Shown piece after piece: positions 19,314-29,299 of a stretch of 64,000 bases of DNA. The stretch's first letter is position 1. The number at the start of each line of letters is the position of its first letter. A program made the translations under genes and the position numbers. Under the pieces are notes generated by a model. The model did no database searches, was not told the origin of the DNA, and saw nothing but the letters and a program-made list of their open reading frames with translations. Source of the DNA: Escherichia phage EC128; the sequence record ON210139.1; one strand, 5' to 3'.

Positions 19314-19841
19314 ATGTTTATTTCAAGTGGAAGTGGTTTAATTCGTGTTGAATTTAAAAATGACATCTTTCTTATTCAAGGAGATGATATTATTAAAATG
19401 AGTTATGACGAAATCAAGAAAATTTGTCATGCTCTTGAAAGTCATGGAAAAGTGAACGCTGTTATTGATATTGGCGATTTATGGGTGACACTTTATGAAG
19501 TATCCGAAGGATTTAACATTGAAGATGAAAATAACATTTTAGCTATTGATAAAAGAAGTGATTTGTTTGATGTATTAAAAGTTTATGAACAGTCAAATGG
19601 CGGAAGAAAAGCTGCATTGATTTATCAAAAACCACATTCATGTGGAACTGCTTCAATCATTTCAAATATTGAAGATGAAGATGAAGTTGATACTTATATG
19701 TGTGTTTTAAAAGCTGGTGGTGACCGTCATCCGGATTTTATTTCTATTCGTCAAAACAATGGAGAAATTTCATTATCAAAATCAGAAGCTGAAGCTATGA
19801 TTAAGTATTTAACAACTGTTACGCCTTCAATGAAAGGATAA
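19314..19841 (+). CDS. hypothetical protein, paralog of the previous gene
   Basis: 175 aa, GAGGAAA RBS. Confidence 0.55.
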   Translation: MFISSGSGLIRVEFKNDIFLIQGDDIIKMSYDEIKKICHALESHGKVNAVIDIGDLWVTLYEVSEGFNIEDENNILAIDKRSDLFDVLKVYEQSNGGRKAALIYQKPHSCGTASIISNIEDEDEVDTYMCVLKAGGDRHPDFISIRQNNGEISLSKSEAEAMIKYLTTVTPSMKG

Positions 19842-19843
19842 TT

Positions 19844-20305
19844 ATGATTATTAATGAAAACTCTTGGCACTATAAATTATTCAAATTGTTTAACGATGAA
19901 TGGCAACGACCTAAGACACTATGCGCATATTTTTGGTCTATTGCTATTCCTACATTTTTCGTTTCTATTTTTGGATGTGCTATACTCGTAGGGCTAACAA
20001 TTATTTGCGCAGAAAGCCTACAGCGTTGGCTTATTTTTGGTAGTTTATGGACTTTGCTTCCATCAGCATTTATACTTGCGCTTTTGGTTGTTTTACTTAT
20101 TATCGGTTCATTTGTTATTCCTGCACATTTGCGTGAAAAATATAAAGATTATAAATGGAAAAAGGATTATGCTTTACACGTAGAAAATATTGATAGGGCG
20201 TATAAAGGTTTACCTCCTATTCAACCAAAGAAATCGATTATCGTTGAATTTTTAAAAGCTCGTAAAGCTAAAGTATGTCCTGTTATTGAATATAAGGCTG
20301 AATGA
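19844..20305 (+). CDS. membrane protein
   Basis: 153 aa with two long hydrophobic segments. Confidence 0.55.
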   Translation: MIINENSWHYKLFKLFNDEWQRPKTLCAYFWSIAIPTFFVSIFGCAILVGLTIICAESLQRWLIFGSLWTLLPSAFILALLVVLLIIGSFVIPAHLREKYKDYKWKKDYALHVENIDRAYKGLPPIQPKKSIIVEFLKARKAKVCPVIEYKAE

Positions 20306-21315
20306 TGAAAACAGTAATGAAAAGTTATTTTGGCAGTCATCTTTATGGAACTTCTACTCCAGAATCTGATGTAGATTTTAAAGAAATCTTTGTTCCTCCT
20401 GCTCGCGATATTCTTATCGGAAGTGTCAAAGAGCACATGAGTAAAAACACTAACAACACATCATCTAAAAACACTAAAGATGATATTGACCATGAACTAT
20501 ACAGTCTTAAATATTTCTTTAAATTAGCAGCAGATGGTGAAACTGTAGCATTGGATATGCTTCACACTCCACCTGAACTAGTGGTTAAATCTGATTTGCC
20601 TGATGTGTGGAAGTTTATTCAAGACAACCGTTCTCGTTTTTATACGACTAACATGAAATCATATTTAGGATATGTCCGCAAGCAAGCTTCTAAATACGGT
20701 GTCAAGGGTTCTCGTTTGGCTGCATTACGTGATGTATTGAAAGTAGTTAATCAAATCCCTGAGCAATGGATTGATTACCAAGAAGATGGTTCTATTAAGC
20801 AGCGTCGCACTAAAGTTGAAGATATTAAGCATCGTCTTCCAGAAAACGAATTCTGTGAATGGGTGTTCCATAATCATGAGAAAACAGGCCCACAAACGTT
20901 CTACACTGTGTTGGGTCGTAAATATCAGACAACTCTTTCTCTTATTGAGCTTAAGCAGTCACTGAACAAATTAGATGCTGAATACGGTGAACGTGCTCGT
21001 AAGGCCGAAGCCAATGAAGGTATTGACTGGAAAGCTCTGAGCCATGCCTGCCGTGGTGGACTTCAACTATTGGAAATTTACAAAACTGGCGACTTGATTT
21101 ATCCACTCCAAGATGCTCCATTTATTCTCGACGTGAAGTTGGGTAAACATCCATTTAAAACAGTTCAAGAGTTTTTGGAAGATGTGGTCGATCAAGTAGA
21201 AGCAGCATCTACTGAAGCTTCTAAGAACGGTATGCCTAAAACAGTAGACATGAGTTTCTGGGATGACTTCCTTGAGAAGGTCTATCTTGAAAACCACCGA
21301 AGTTATTATAAATGA
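20302..21315 (+). CDS. Pol-beta-superfamily nucleotidyltransferase-like protein
   Basis: 337 aa; N-terminal GSHLYGTSTPESDVDF (GS...D-x-D) with downstream acidic VALDML; ATGA coupling. Confidence 0.55.
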   Translation: MMKTVMKSYFGSHLYGTSTPESDVDFKEIFVPPARDILIGSVKEHMSKNTNNTSSKNTKDDIDHELYSLKYFFKLAADGETVALDMLHTPPELVVKSDLPDVWKFIQDNRSRFYTTNMKSYLGYVRKQASKYGVKGSRLAALRDVLKVVNQIPEQWIDYQEDGSIKQRRTKVEDIKHRLPENEFCEWVFHNHEKTGPQTFYTVLGRKYQTTLSLIELKQSLNKLDAEYGERARKAEANEGIDWKALSHACRGGLQLLEIYKTGDLIYPLQDAPFILDVKLGKHPFKTVQEFLEDVVDQVEAASTEASKNGMPKTVDMSFWDDFLEKVYLENHRSYYK

Positions 21316-21317
21316 TA

Positions 21318-21343
21318 GGGAGCCTTCGGGCTCCCTTTTTTTA
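21318..21343 (+). terminator. rho-independent terminator
   Basis: GGGAGCC-TTCG-GGCTCCC then TTTTTTT. Confidence 0.75.
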
Positions 21344-21346
21344 TTT

Positions 21347-21433
21347 CAAAAATTTTTCACAAAACGGTTTACAAGCATAAAGCTTTATGGTACTATACAA
21401 CTATCAACTACTGATACAGATTTGGAGAATAAA
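21347..21433 (+). promoter_or_regulatory. early promoter inside a conserved cassette (copy B)
   Basis: caaaaatttttcacaaaacggtttaca...atggtactatacaactatcaactactgatacagatttggagaataaaATG. Confidence 0.6.
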
Positions 21434-22402
21434 ATGAAAACTGTAACTATCAATAAGGGTATCTACTTCGGTAAAGAAATCTCTGGAACTTTTGAGCTCT
21501 TAGGTGAATGGTTCCCAGATAATGCTCCGGTAGATGCACAAGGAGATGGTAAAGTTTTTGTTGAAATTGACGGTAAGCGTCGCGGTGTTTGGGTTTACAA
21601 ATCAGACATTTCATATGATGGTGTAAAAGTTGAAGAAGTTAAAGAATCATATGAAGATATGAAAACCCGCATTAATAAAAGATTTAATGTTATGGGAATG
21701 ATGACGAATGGTATTATTAACGGAAACATTCGTTCATTAATTATCTCTGGTGCGGCGGGTATTGGTAAAACGTATTCTTTAGATAAAGCTTTGAATAAAG
21801 CAAATGATAATGGATACATTGAATATAAAAGCATTAACGGTAAAATCTCCGGTATCGGTCTTTATGAACAACTTTGGAATAATCGTGAAGAGAATTCTGT
21901 CCTTTTGATTGATGATGTGGATGTTTTCTCTGATATGGACATTCTTAATCTTCTGAAAGCTGCTCTGGACACTGGAGAGACCCGTAAAGTCTGCTGGAGC
22001 ACTGCATCTTCTTACTTAGAAGAAAAAGGCATTGAGCGTGAGTTTGAATTTAAAGGAACGATTGTTTTTATCACAAACGTTGACATTGACCGCGAATTAG
22101 ACCGTGGTACTAAACTTGCTCCACATTTACAAGCATTAGTGTCCCGCTCAGTTTATTTAGATTTGGGTGTTCACACTAATGAAGAAATTATGGTCAGGGT
22201 TGAAGATGTTATTCTTTCAACTGACATGATGCAAAAGCGCGGTCTTTCTGATGAAGAAACTTATAAAGCATTATCATGGATGAAAGTCAATGTTAATCGT
22301 TTACGCAATGTTTCACTGCGTACTGCTCTTTATCTTGCTGACTTTATTATGACCGACAAAAACGGTTGGGAAGAAATCGCTGAAACAGTATTATTAAAAT
22401 GA
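21434..22402 (+). CDS. AAA+/P-loop ATPase
   Basis: 322 aa; Walker A GAAGIGKT, Walker B LLIDDVD; ORF-track start at 21263 reads through the promoter and is rejected. Confidence 0.6.
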   Translation: MKTVTINKGIYFGKEISGTFELLGEWFPDNAPVDAQGDGKVFVEIDGKRRGVWVYKSDISYDGVKVEEVKESYEDMKTRINKRFNVMGMMTNGIINGNIRSLIISGAAGIGKTYSLDKALNKANDNGYIEYKSINGKISGIGLYEQLWNNREENSVLLIDDVDVFSDMDILNLLKAALDTGETRKVCWSTASSYLEEKGIEREFEFKGTIVFITNVDIDRELDRGTKLAPHLQALVSRSVYLDLGVHTNEEIMVRVEDVILSTDMMQKRGLSDEETYKALSWMKVNVNRLRNVSLRTALYLADFIMTDKNGWEEIAETVLLK

Positions 22403-23118
22403 AAAAATATTTTACTATCTATAAAACTGAAATATTAAATTTAAAGACAGGTATTAAGAAATACTATTATGGTCGACATATAACTAATAATATCAATGAT
22501 TCGTATGTTGGTAGTGGAAATTATATAGAACGTGTAAAAGTGTCAAATGACCACATATTATCAAAAACGGTTTTAGAAGTTTTTGATAATTATGATAAAA
22601 TGGTACAAGCTGAAATATTATATATCATGGCAGGTAAATTGAAATATGGGAAAAACTGTGTTAACCTGTCATACGGGGGTGAAGGAGGAAAGGTTGCAGA
22701 TGAAACTAGGATAAAATGCAAAAAGCATTCTATAAATTTATGGAAAAATCCTAATCATATACAGCATATGAAGAAAAAGATGAAAGAGGTCACATCCACG
22801 CCGGAAGCTAAATTAAACACTTCAATAAAAACTTCGCAACGATATAAGGACCCGGTTTTTGTTAGAAAAGTTAGTAATATTATTAAAAAGAAACTAAGCA
22901 ATCCTGTAGTAAAAGAAAAGCATATTAATGGAATTAAAGCTGCAAAGCGTTCTCATTTAACTATATGGCAGTATGAAGATGAATTATTCGAGCTCTGGAA
23001 AGAAACTAAATGTGGATGGAGAAAATTTACAAAGGAAGCTATAAAACACGGATATCCAAATGAACCGTATCGTAGTATGGTATCAACTTTTCAGAAAAGA
23101 CATTTAGAAGAATCCTAA
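22399..23118 (+). CDS. GIY-YIG homing endonuclease (seg-like)
   Basis: 239 aa; N-terminal KYYYGRHITNNINDSYVGSG; basic C-terminal DNA-binding-like repeats. Confidence 0.7.
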   Translation: MKKYFTIYKTEILNLKTGIKKYYYGRHITNNINDSYVGSGNYIERVKVSNDHILSKTVLEVFDNYDKMVQAEILYIMAGKLKYGKNCVNLSYGGEGGKVADETRIKCKKHSINLWKNPNHIQHMKKKMKEVTSTPEAKLNTSIKTSQRYKDPVFVRKVSNIIKKKLSNPVVKEKHINGIKAAKRSHLTIWQYEDELFELWKETKCGWRKFTKEAIKHGYPNEPYRSMVSTFQKRHLEES

Positions 23119-23200
23119 GACAAAAAGGCAGTTCAGAAATAGATTATATGGACTGCCATTAAAAAGATGACTAGAATTAAACTGGTGAATGGAGGTAGTG

Positions 23201-23503
23201 ATGTTATACTCAAAGGCTCGTGAAATTTACGAAACTAAGATTAAAGAAGCTGTATTTCAGTTCGCAACGACAATGCGATGGACAAATGATTGGGAGTATT
23301 CAAAAAATCATAAGAAGCCCATGGTGACAAGAAAGGCTCATATGTTAGTGTTAATAGACCGTGAGCAGATTAAAGCCCGAGAAGCCCTCCAGAATCATAA
23401 AAAGGCTGCCTTTGAATGGTTTATGGATAACACTGCTCCTGAGACTAAGAAAGCGGTAAGCGCGTGGTTCAGTGGAAAAAATTGTGAAAGAAGTTTCTTT
23501 TAG
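23201..23503 (+). CDS. hypothetical protein
   Basis: 100 aa from ATG 23201 after GGAGG. Confidence 0.5.
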   Translation: MLYSKAREIYETKIKEAVFQFATTMRWTNDWEYSKNHKKPMVTRKAHMLVLIDREQIKAREALQNHKKAAFEWFMDNTAPETKKAVSAWFSGKNCERSFF

Positions 23504-23505
23504 TG

Positions 23506-23543
23506 GTTTACAAGACCGTTCCTCTGTGGTACTATACAACTAT
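23506..23543 (+). promoter_or_regulatory. early promoter
   Basis: GTTTACA ... GTGGTACTATACAACTATCAACTAC (partial copy of the cassette). Confidence 0.5.
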
Positions 23544-23563
23544 CAACTACGGAGGAACAGAAA

Positions 23564-24091
23564 ATGAACGCTAAAGATATTTTCAACCTGGTAAATTACA
23601 ACGATGGTAAATTTAAATCAGAAGCACAAAGCAAGTTCTTTAATGACATCTCAATCGGAGGTGAAATCACTGTTAATGGAGGACAAATTTACAAATCCCG
23701 TTGGAATTGGATCGTTATTATCGATGAGATTGGTATTGTAGAAATTTACAAGAATACGAATAAAAATCGTACATTACACTGGTCTCGTGATACTAACGAA
23801 CAGTACAAAAAGGATAAAGCATCTAAATTATCTCGTGTAACTCAAGAAGATATTGAGTTCATCAAGAAAGATATTTTAATGTATGATAACTTAATTGCTG
23901 AAGAGCAAGCTGTTATTGATAAATTTGACGAAATTAAAGCTTCTCGTGAAATTCCTGATTTTATGAAAGAATCAGTAAATGAACGATACTCTCTCATTTC
24001 AGAGCGTATTGAAACTTACAAAAAGCAAAGAGCTGAACGCCAAAATACTCTTCGGAAGTTTGAAGAACGGTTAAAGACGGTACTCGCATAA
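23564..24091 (+). CDS. hypothetical protein
   Basis: 175 aa, GGAGG RBS. Confidence 0.55.
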   Translation: MNAKDIFNLVNYNDGKFKSEAQSKFFNDISIGGEITVNGGQIYKSRWNWIVIIDEIGIVEIYKNTNKNRTLHWSRDTNEQYKKDKASKLSRVTQEDIEFIKKDILMYDNLIAEEQAVIDKFDEIKASREIPDFMKESVNERYSLISERIETYKKQRAERQNTLRKFEERLKTVLA

Positions 24092-24146
24092 CTGCTTTAT
24101 ACCAAGGATGGTATAATGGTTCTAAGCCCTTTTAATTGAGATTATT

Positions 24147-24548
24147 ATGAAACAGTTGATAATTAAAAGATTGAATTTATTGATATGTTGTTTATGTATA
24201 GTAATTGCATATGGTTATTATGCTATTAATGATTATATGCATTATAAAGATTATGATGTTACTGTAGTTAATACCCTTACAGGAACTCAAGGAAAGGGGT
24301 CTAGTTTATCGTTTATTGCTGTATATGAACTAAATGACGGTTATAGATTTAGTGAATATATTTCACCAGAGATGTATTCTTCAATAGAAAAAGGCGATAA
24401 TATTACTGTAAGTTTACGTCCTTTCGACGTAAAACAGACATGGTTTGATAATATTGTTTGGTTCTTTGGAATGGTATTAGTTCAATCTGTGTGTGGTGCT
24501 TATATAGTCTTTTCAATCTTATTCTGTGTATTTAGTAAAATTGAGTGA
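24147..24548 (+). CDS. membrane protein
   Basis: 133 aa, N- and C-terminal hydrophobic helices. Confidence 0.5.
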   Translation: MKQLIIKRLNLLICCLCIVIAYGYYAINDYMHYKDYDVTVVNTLTGTQGKGSSLSFIAVYELNDGYRFSEYISPEMYSSIEKGDNITVSLRPFDVKQTWFDNIVWFFGMVLVQSVCGAYIVFSILFCVFSKIE

Positions 24549-24555
24549 GGAAAAT

Positions 24556-25443
24556 ATGTCAGCGGTAATTAATAATGTCAATGCAGTAATTAAATCTTTA
24601 GTTAATAAAAAATCAAATGAATGGACTGTACTTCAACGCGACAAGTCAGATAAATTTTTTCATAAATTTAACCCAGTACTAAATTTAAATGTTATTGATA
24701 AAGATGTTCACGCCGAAATTTTAGATAAGTTTAAAGTTGATATTGGATTTGGATTAGAAAAACATTTACAACGAACAAACGAGTCTGGAATGCTTTTATC
24801 TAATCGCATCATGAAAGCCCTTAATAAAATTGGAGCATTGTCTCGCATTAACGCGAGTGAAATTCTTCGCAATTATAATAAAGGATATGACCTTTATGGC
24901 CGACTAATGCCAAAATTATCATTCGACCAAATGATTGCGGATTTGTGGGAAAATCAACGACGATTATTAGCATTAGGTGCTCGATTAGCTAAAGGTCTAG
25001 ATAAACAAATGATTTTTAAAACTAATAATACAGAAGACCTTAAATGCTTTAAATTTAGTACTCGTGGAGATGATTATTACGTCAGAGCTCACTCTACAGA
25101 TTATGTTAATATGGGGCATCATCTCTGTTTAGCTTTTGAAGTTTTAAAAGAAGCTGGAACATTAGAATATGTGTCTGGTGCTAAATGCCCGATTGGTTCA
25201 AGTTGTATTTTAATTTATCGCCCGGATGAATCCAGTTCATCTAAATTGCCTACAAAACCTGCACCAGTTCGTAGTAACGAAAAACATTCTGAACAAATTG
25301 ATTATTTTAATAAGCAAATTGAAGAGCTGAATATTTCTATTCAACGATATGACGATGAAATTTTCAGACTATCTGGATTGAGTAGTAAAGCTAAATCTGA
25401 ACGTGAAAAATTAATTAAAATTGTTGATTTACTTAAATCTTAA
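24556..25443 (+). CDS. paralog family member 1 (coiled-coil C-terminus)
   Basis: 295 aa from ATG 24556 with GAGG RBS. Confidence 0.55.
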   Translation: MSAVINNVNAVIKSLVNKKSNEWTVLQRDKSDKFFHKFNPVLNLNVIDKDVHAEILDKFKVDIGFGLEKHLQRTNESGMLLSNRIMKALNKIGALSRINASEILRNYNKGYDLYGRLMPKLSFDQMIADLWENQRRLLALGARLAKGLDKQMIFKTNNTEDLKCFKFSTRGDDYYVRAHSTDYVNMGHHLCLAFEVLKEAGTLEYVSGAKCPIGSSCILIYRPDESSSSKLPTKPAPVRSNEKHSEQIDYFNKQIEELNISIQRYDDEIFRLSGLSSKAKSEREKLIKIVDLLKS

Positions 25444-25451
25444 GGAACACC

Positions 25452-26471
25452 ATGAAAACTCGTTCTCAAATTGAAGATATGGTTCGTAATGCCAGTTATA
25501 CTCGTGATGTTATGACATTTTTGTGCCAAAATAATTTAGACCCTGATAAAGTTAATCGTGATATTCACTTTAAATATCTAAATAGCATTGAATTGTTACG
25601 TCATTTTAGTAAAGCGGGGTATATTACACAAATGACTGCTCGTGAGCAGCTCACCGATTTCTGTAAAACTATTGATTATAAAAATCCTCTATTTGTTCAA
25701 GGCGTTGGTCAGAGTAAGGTCGATTTATCATCTGGATTTTTCAATCCAAATCATTATCGTCTTGAATGGAGATTTATTGCTCTATTCCGTAAACAATTAA
25801 AGCAAATTTTGTCTACTGCTAGTCGATTAAAAGGTTCTGATATTAACTTAAAGAATCTGAAATTTGATGGTTATACTCTTCAAATGGAAGTAAGACCATC
25901 TAAAGAAAATAATAGAACTGCACGAATTAGCTTTAAGCCTAATACTAAAAATTCTCTTTCAATTTGTGAATGCCTTAAATCGCAGTTGACAGAAGCATTT
26001 AAGTATATGGATGTTGTTGCTGCTGTTCAATCTAAGATTTTACCTCGTTTTGAGCGAAATTGGGAACATACAACAACATATGAACTTGATATGATCGTTT
26101 CATTTAAATACGATTTTTTGAGAAAGGACGAAGTCCCGCAAGAGAAAAAGCAAGAAGTGCAAGATAACTTAAATTTATCCAATTACTCATCAAACGATCC
26201 TAAATTTTGGATGTATAGTTCAGGTAATAAAGATGCATGGAAATTCAATAAAGTGAATTTTCTTCCTGTTGAAAATCCGAGTCTTAAACCTGTTGAAAAA
26301 TGGCACGCGGATGCGATTGAGAAGTCTATCAAGGCAGTAGATGATGAACTCGTTAAAGCAACTAATGAAGTGTTAGAAGCTGAAAAGATGTTAGAAAAAG
26401 CTCAAGAAAAAGTCAAAAATCTCGCGAAGCAACGTTCTAAACTGAACAATGCACTAAATGCACTAAACTAG
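25452..26471 (+). CDS. paralog family member 2
   Basis: 339 aa; shares R.I..FR.FKKQILKSASKL-type motif with member 3. Confidence 0.6.
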   Translation: MKTRSQIEDMVRNASYTRDVMTFLCQNNLDPDKVNRDIHFKYLNSIELLRHFSKAGYITQMTAREQLTDFCKTIDYKNPLFVQGVGQSKVDLSSGFFNPNHYRLEWRFIALFRKQLKQILSTASRLKGSDINLKNLKFDGYTLQMEVRPSKENNRTARISFKPNTKNSLSICECLKSQLTEAFKYMDVVAAVQSKILPRFERNWEHTTTYELDMIVSFKYDFLRKDEVPQEKKQEVQDNLNLSNYSSNDPKFWMYSSGNKDAWKFNKVNFLPVENPSLKPVEKWHADAIEKSIKAVDDELVKATNEVLEAEKMLEKAQEKVKNLAKQRSKLNNALNALN

Positions 26472-26528
26472 TTTACTTTGCCACAAGGATGTGGTATAAT
26501 GTTCTTACTTTCTACTGAGGAGATTATT

Positions 26529-27530
26529 ATGACTCGTAACGAATATATCAAATCATTCAATAGCGTTATTGATGATAAAGTTAAACCTGTGTTTAGTCAG
26601 AATAGTGTTATTTCCATTATCAATCAATGGCTAAATAATATTGATGTAAGCATTGTTTCTTCCAGCAAATTTATTCACGAAGTTCGTGAAATTTCTAGTC
26701 GTACAGATAAAGATGACATTAAGAAAACCTTTAAAGGGTCTCGTCTTCTTTCATACTTAGTCAACAGAGATATTCTTGGTAAATTTGGGAAAGAAATTAA
26801 ACGAACTAAAGATGTAATAGGATACAGTTGGTTCGGTGATGTTAATTCTTATCATCTTAATAATAAAGAAGACCCTGAGAATATTTTTACTCGTCGTTGG
26901 ATTAGTAATTTTAGACTTTTCAAGAAGCAAATTCTAAAATCAGCTTCTAAATTATGCTATGGTGATTATCGTCAAATCCATCCTTGGGCTTCTGATATGA
27001 TTATCATAAAAGAATATGAGCTTGATAAAAATAAAGCAGCTATTTTTGTGAATTATGAATTTTTTACACCAGAAGCTAATCAAAAGAACATTAATAAATT
27101 TTTCTCAATTGCTAGCGATATAACTCGTCAGTTAGAGACCGCATTACTTTGTATGGAAACAGTAGAAAATATTCATACTTATCCTTTTAAGAATATATGC
27201 GGTTGGGAAGGATATAAAATTGTAGTTAGTCTCCGTGAAGTAAAGTGTGCGTACTCACCGACTGATAAAGAAATTTACCAACAAAAATGTGATGAAATTG
27301 TGAATACTCCTAAAGAAGAAACTACCCTTGAGGAACTAATGGAATGTCTTGACGATTCGCCTGAACCAGTAGAAATTCGTCCAGAAGTTATTGCACTAGA
27401 AAAAGCTTATAAAGAAGTTCTAGAAATTTCTAATAAAGCGCAGAAAGAATATGAGCAGGCTAAAAGGATTTGGGAAGAATCTGTTAATCGCCTGGATCGT
27501 CTTGAACAAGCTTTACAGTTAATTAAGTAA
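26529..27530 (+). CDS. paralog family member 3
   Basis: 333 aa from ATG 26529 with GAGGAG RBS. Confidence 0.6.
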   Translation: MTRNEYIKSFNSVIDDKVKPVFSQNSVISIINQWLNNIDVSIVSSSKFIHEVREISSRTDKDDIKKTFKGSRLLSYLVNRDILGKFGKEIKRTKDVIGYSWFGDVNSYHLNNKEDPENIFTRRWISNFRLFKKQILKSASKLCYGDYRQIHPWASDMIIIKEYELDKNKAAIFVNYEFFTPEANQKNINKFFSIASDITRQLETALLCMETVENIHTYPFKNICGWEGYKIVVSLREVKCAYSPTDKEIYQQKCDEIVNTPKEETTLEELMECLDDSPEPVEIRPEVIALEKAYKEVLEISNKAQKEYEQAKRIWEESVNRLDRLEQALQLIK

Positions 27531-27582
27531 TTTAAAGCCAAGGATGGCTCGGAGTATAAATCATTAACCAAGTGAGAAGAAC

Positions 27583-28512
27583 ATGAAAACTCGTAAACAT
27601 TATATTGATTATTTTGACAGCCTTATTACTAAACATCGTAATTATCAGATCGGGCACAGAGCAGTAATCAATAATATTCTTCGTGATTTCCTTCAATATG
27701 TTGGCCAGGAAAATCATATCTGTAAAGATACTCAGAACGCTTATTCTCATTCGTTAGGCAATTTGCTTCAATGGTTTAAACGTTCTCGTCTGTTATCTTC
27801 TACTGTAGCTCGTGATAACATTGAAAACTTTATGAAGCCGAGCTTCATTAAATCTGCGACATCTATAACCGATTTGGTTGAATTTACTATTGTTAACGAT
27901 GTTAAAAAGACCCATTTGGCTGATTGGTTATCTACCATTCCCGAAACTAAATTTGCTGATAAATTCGCTTGTCAATTCAATGACCAAGTGAATATGCTTT
28001 TTAAGCATGCTCGTAAACTATTTACCGCGGGCGATGACCGTACAAATACAGTTCATGTTAAGGATTGGGTTATTGCTGATGAAGTAACACATAAGCCAGG
28101 TGGTTCATCAGTATTAATTAATATCCAGGTTCCTTATTATTACTCACGTAATCTCGGCACCATGAACTCTAGAGAAATTAATAAGCACAACAAAACTATT
28201 CGTTCGTTGTCTTATAAACTCCGCATGATGTTAAAAATCATGGACGTAGTAGAAATGTATGACGAAACCGAAGATAATGGTTCAATGCTGTACAGTTCAC
28301 GCATTCTAATTAAACTGAAGAACCCTAATACATATAAGCCAGTTGTAAAAGAACCTAAAGCAGAAAAGGCTGATAACCTGAGTGAAGAACGCGAATATCT
28401 CAAATCTCGACTGGTTGAAGTTGAAGCCCAGATTGCCGAACACACCAAATTGTTAAAAGCTCTTAATGCAAAAGCAAATGGTTTACGTAATGCTATTGAG
28501 GTACTGAAATGA
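27583..28512 (+). CDS. paralog family member 4
   Basis: 309 aa; N-terminus MKTRKHYIDYF resembles member 2 MKTRSQIEDMV. Confidence 0.6.
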   Translation: MKTRKHYIDYFDSLITKHRNYQIGHRAVINNILRDFLQYVGQENHICKDTQNAYSHSLGNLLQWFKRSRLLSSTVARDNIENFMKPSFIKSATSITDLVEFTIVNDVKKTHLADWLSTIPETKFADKFACQFNDQVNMLFKHARKLFTAGDDRTNTVHVKDWVIADEVTHKPGGSSVLINIQVPYYYSRNLGTMNSREINKHNKTIRSLSYKLRMMLKIMDVVEMYDETEDNGSMLYSSRILIKLKNPNTYKPVVKEPKAEKADNLSEEREYLKSRLVEVEAQIAEHTKLLKALNAKANGLRNAIEVLK

Positions 28513-28805
28513 AAAAGCGCTTATTAGAAGATATTGCCGAAGCTTCAGATTTTCCTGAATGGACTCCATGCGCTGGGTTTGATAAAGGGCTGCTAGTTAC
28601 CGACGATTTAGACTTTAAACCTCCAGCATGGGATGCCATTATGGCTATGGTTAGTCGTCGTGAGCAATCTTCTAAGAATGTTCCAAACTGCCCAAAGTGT
28701 GGTACTGAACAGGTACAATTAGTTCATTGGCAGACTAGTATTCTTCGTTATAAATGTCGTCATTGCAAACACCGATTTAACCGAGAAGAAAATGACCAAG
28801 CGTAA
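28509..28805 (+). CDS. zinc-ribbon small protein
   Basis: 98 aa; CPKCG...CRHCKH. Confidence 0.5.
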   Translation: MKKRLLEDIAEASDFPEWTPCAGFDKGLLVTDDLDFKPPAWDAIMAMVSRREQSSKNVPNCPKCGTEQVQLVHWQTSILRYKCRHCKHRFNREENDQA

Positions 28806-29034
28806 AGAATATATGGAGATTGCTGAAAAGGCAGTCCGTGAATTAGCAATAGCGTATTATAATGAACATGGTAAATTTCCTGATAGATACAGCGTGCTTA
28901 AATCTGCTTTAACTCGTTCATATAAAAATATGCTATCAGAAGTAAGTGATATTATATACAAACATAAAGAACAAACAGGCCAAAGTCTTGATTACGACGA
29001 GACTTTTAAACAAGTATTAGGAATTAAGGAATAA
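28792..29034 (+). CDS. hypothetical small protein
   Basis: 80 aa. Confidence 0.5.
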   Translation: MTKRKEYMEIAEKAVRELAIAYYNEHGKFPDRYSVLKSALTRSYKNMLSEVSDIIYKHKEQTGQSLDYDETFKQVLGIKE

Positions 29035-29035
29035 T

Positions 29036-29299
29036 ATGTTTAAAGTATATGGTTATGATAGCAACATCCACAAATGCGTGTATTGCGATAATGCAAAACG
29101 TCTTTTGACCGTGAAGAAACAGCCGTTTGAATTTATCAACATTATGCCGGAAAAAGGTGTTTTTGATGATGAGAAAATCGCTGAGCTTCTGACTAAACTA
29201 GGTCGTGATACTCAAATCGGCTTAACAATGCCTCAGGTATTTGCTCCTGATGGAAGTCATATTGGTGGATTTGACCAATTGCGGGAATACTTTAAATGA
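29036..29299 (+). CDS. nrdC: phage glutaredoxin/thioredoxin NrdC
   Basis: 87 aa, MFKVYGYDSNIHKCVYCDNAKRLL with CVYC active site. Confidence 0.9.
   Translation: MFKVYGYDSNIHKCVYCDNAKRLLTVKKQPFEFINIMPEKGVFDDEKIAELLTKLGRDTQIGLTMPQVFAPDGSHIGGFDQLREYFK

Noticed and set aside
21263-21433. N-terminal extension of the ORF 21263..22402 (and likewise 49906..50097 for the ORF 49906..50334)
   Set aside because: These extensions read straight through a terminator hairpin and the conserved early promoter/leader cassette; the real starts are the ATGs at 21434 and 50098, which have GGAG ribosome-binding sites.
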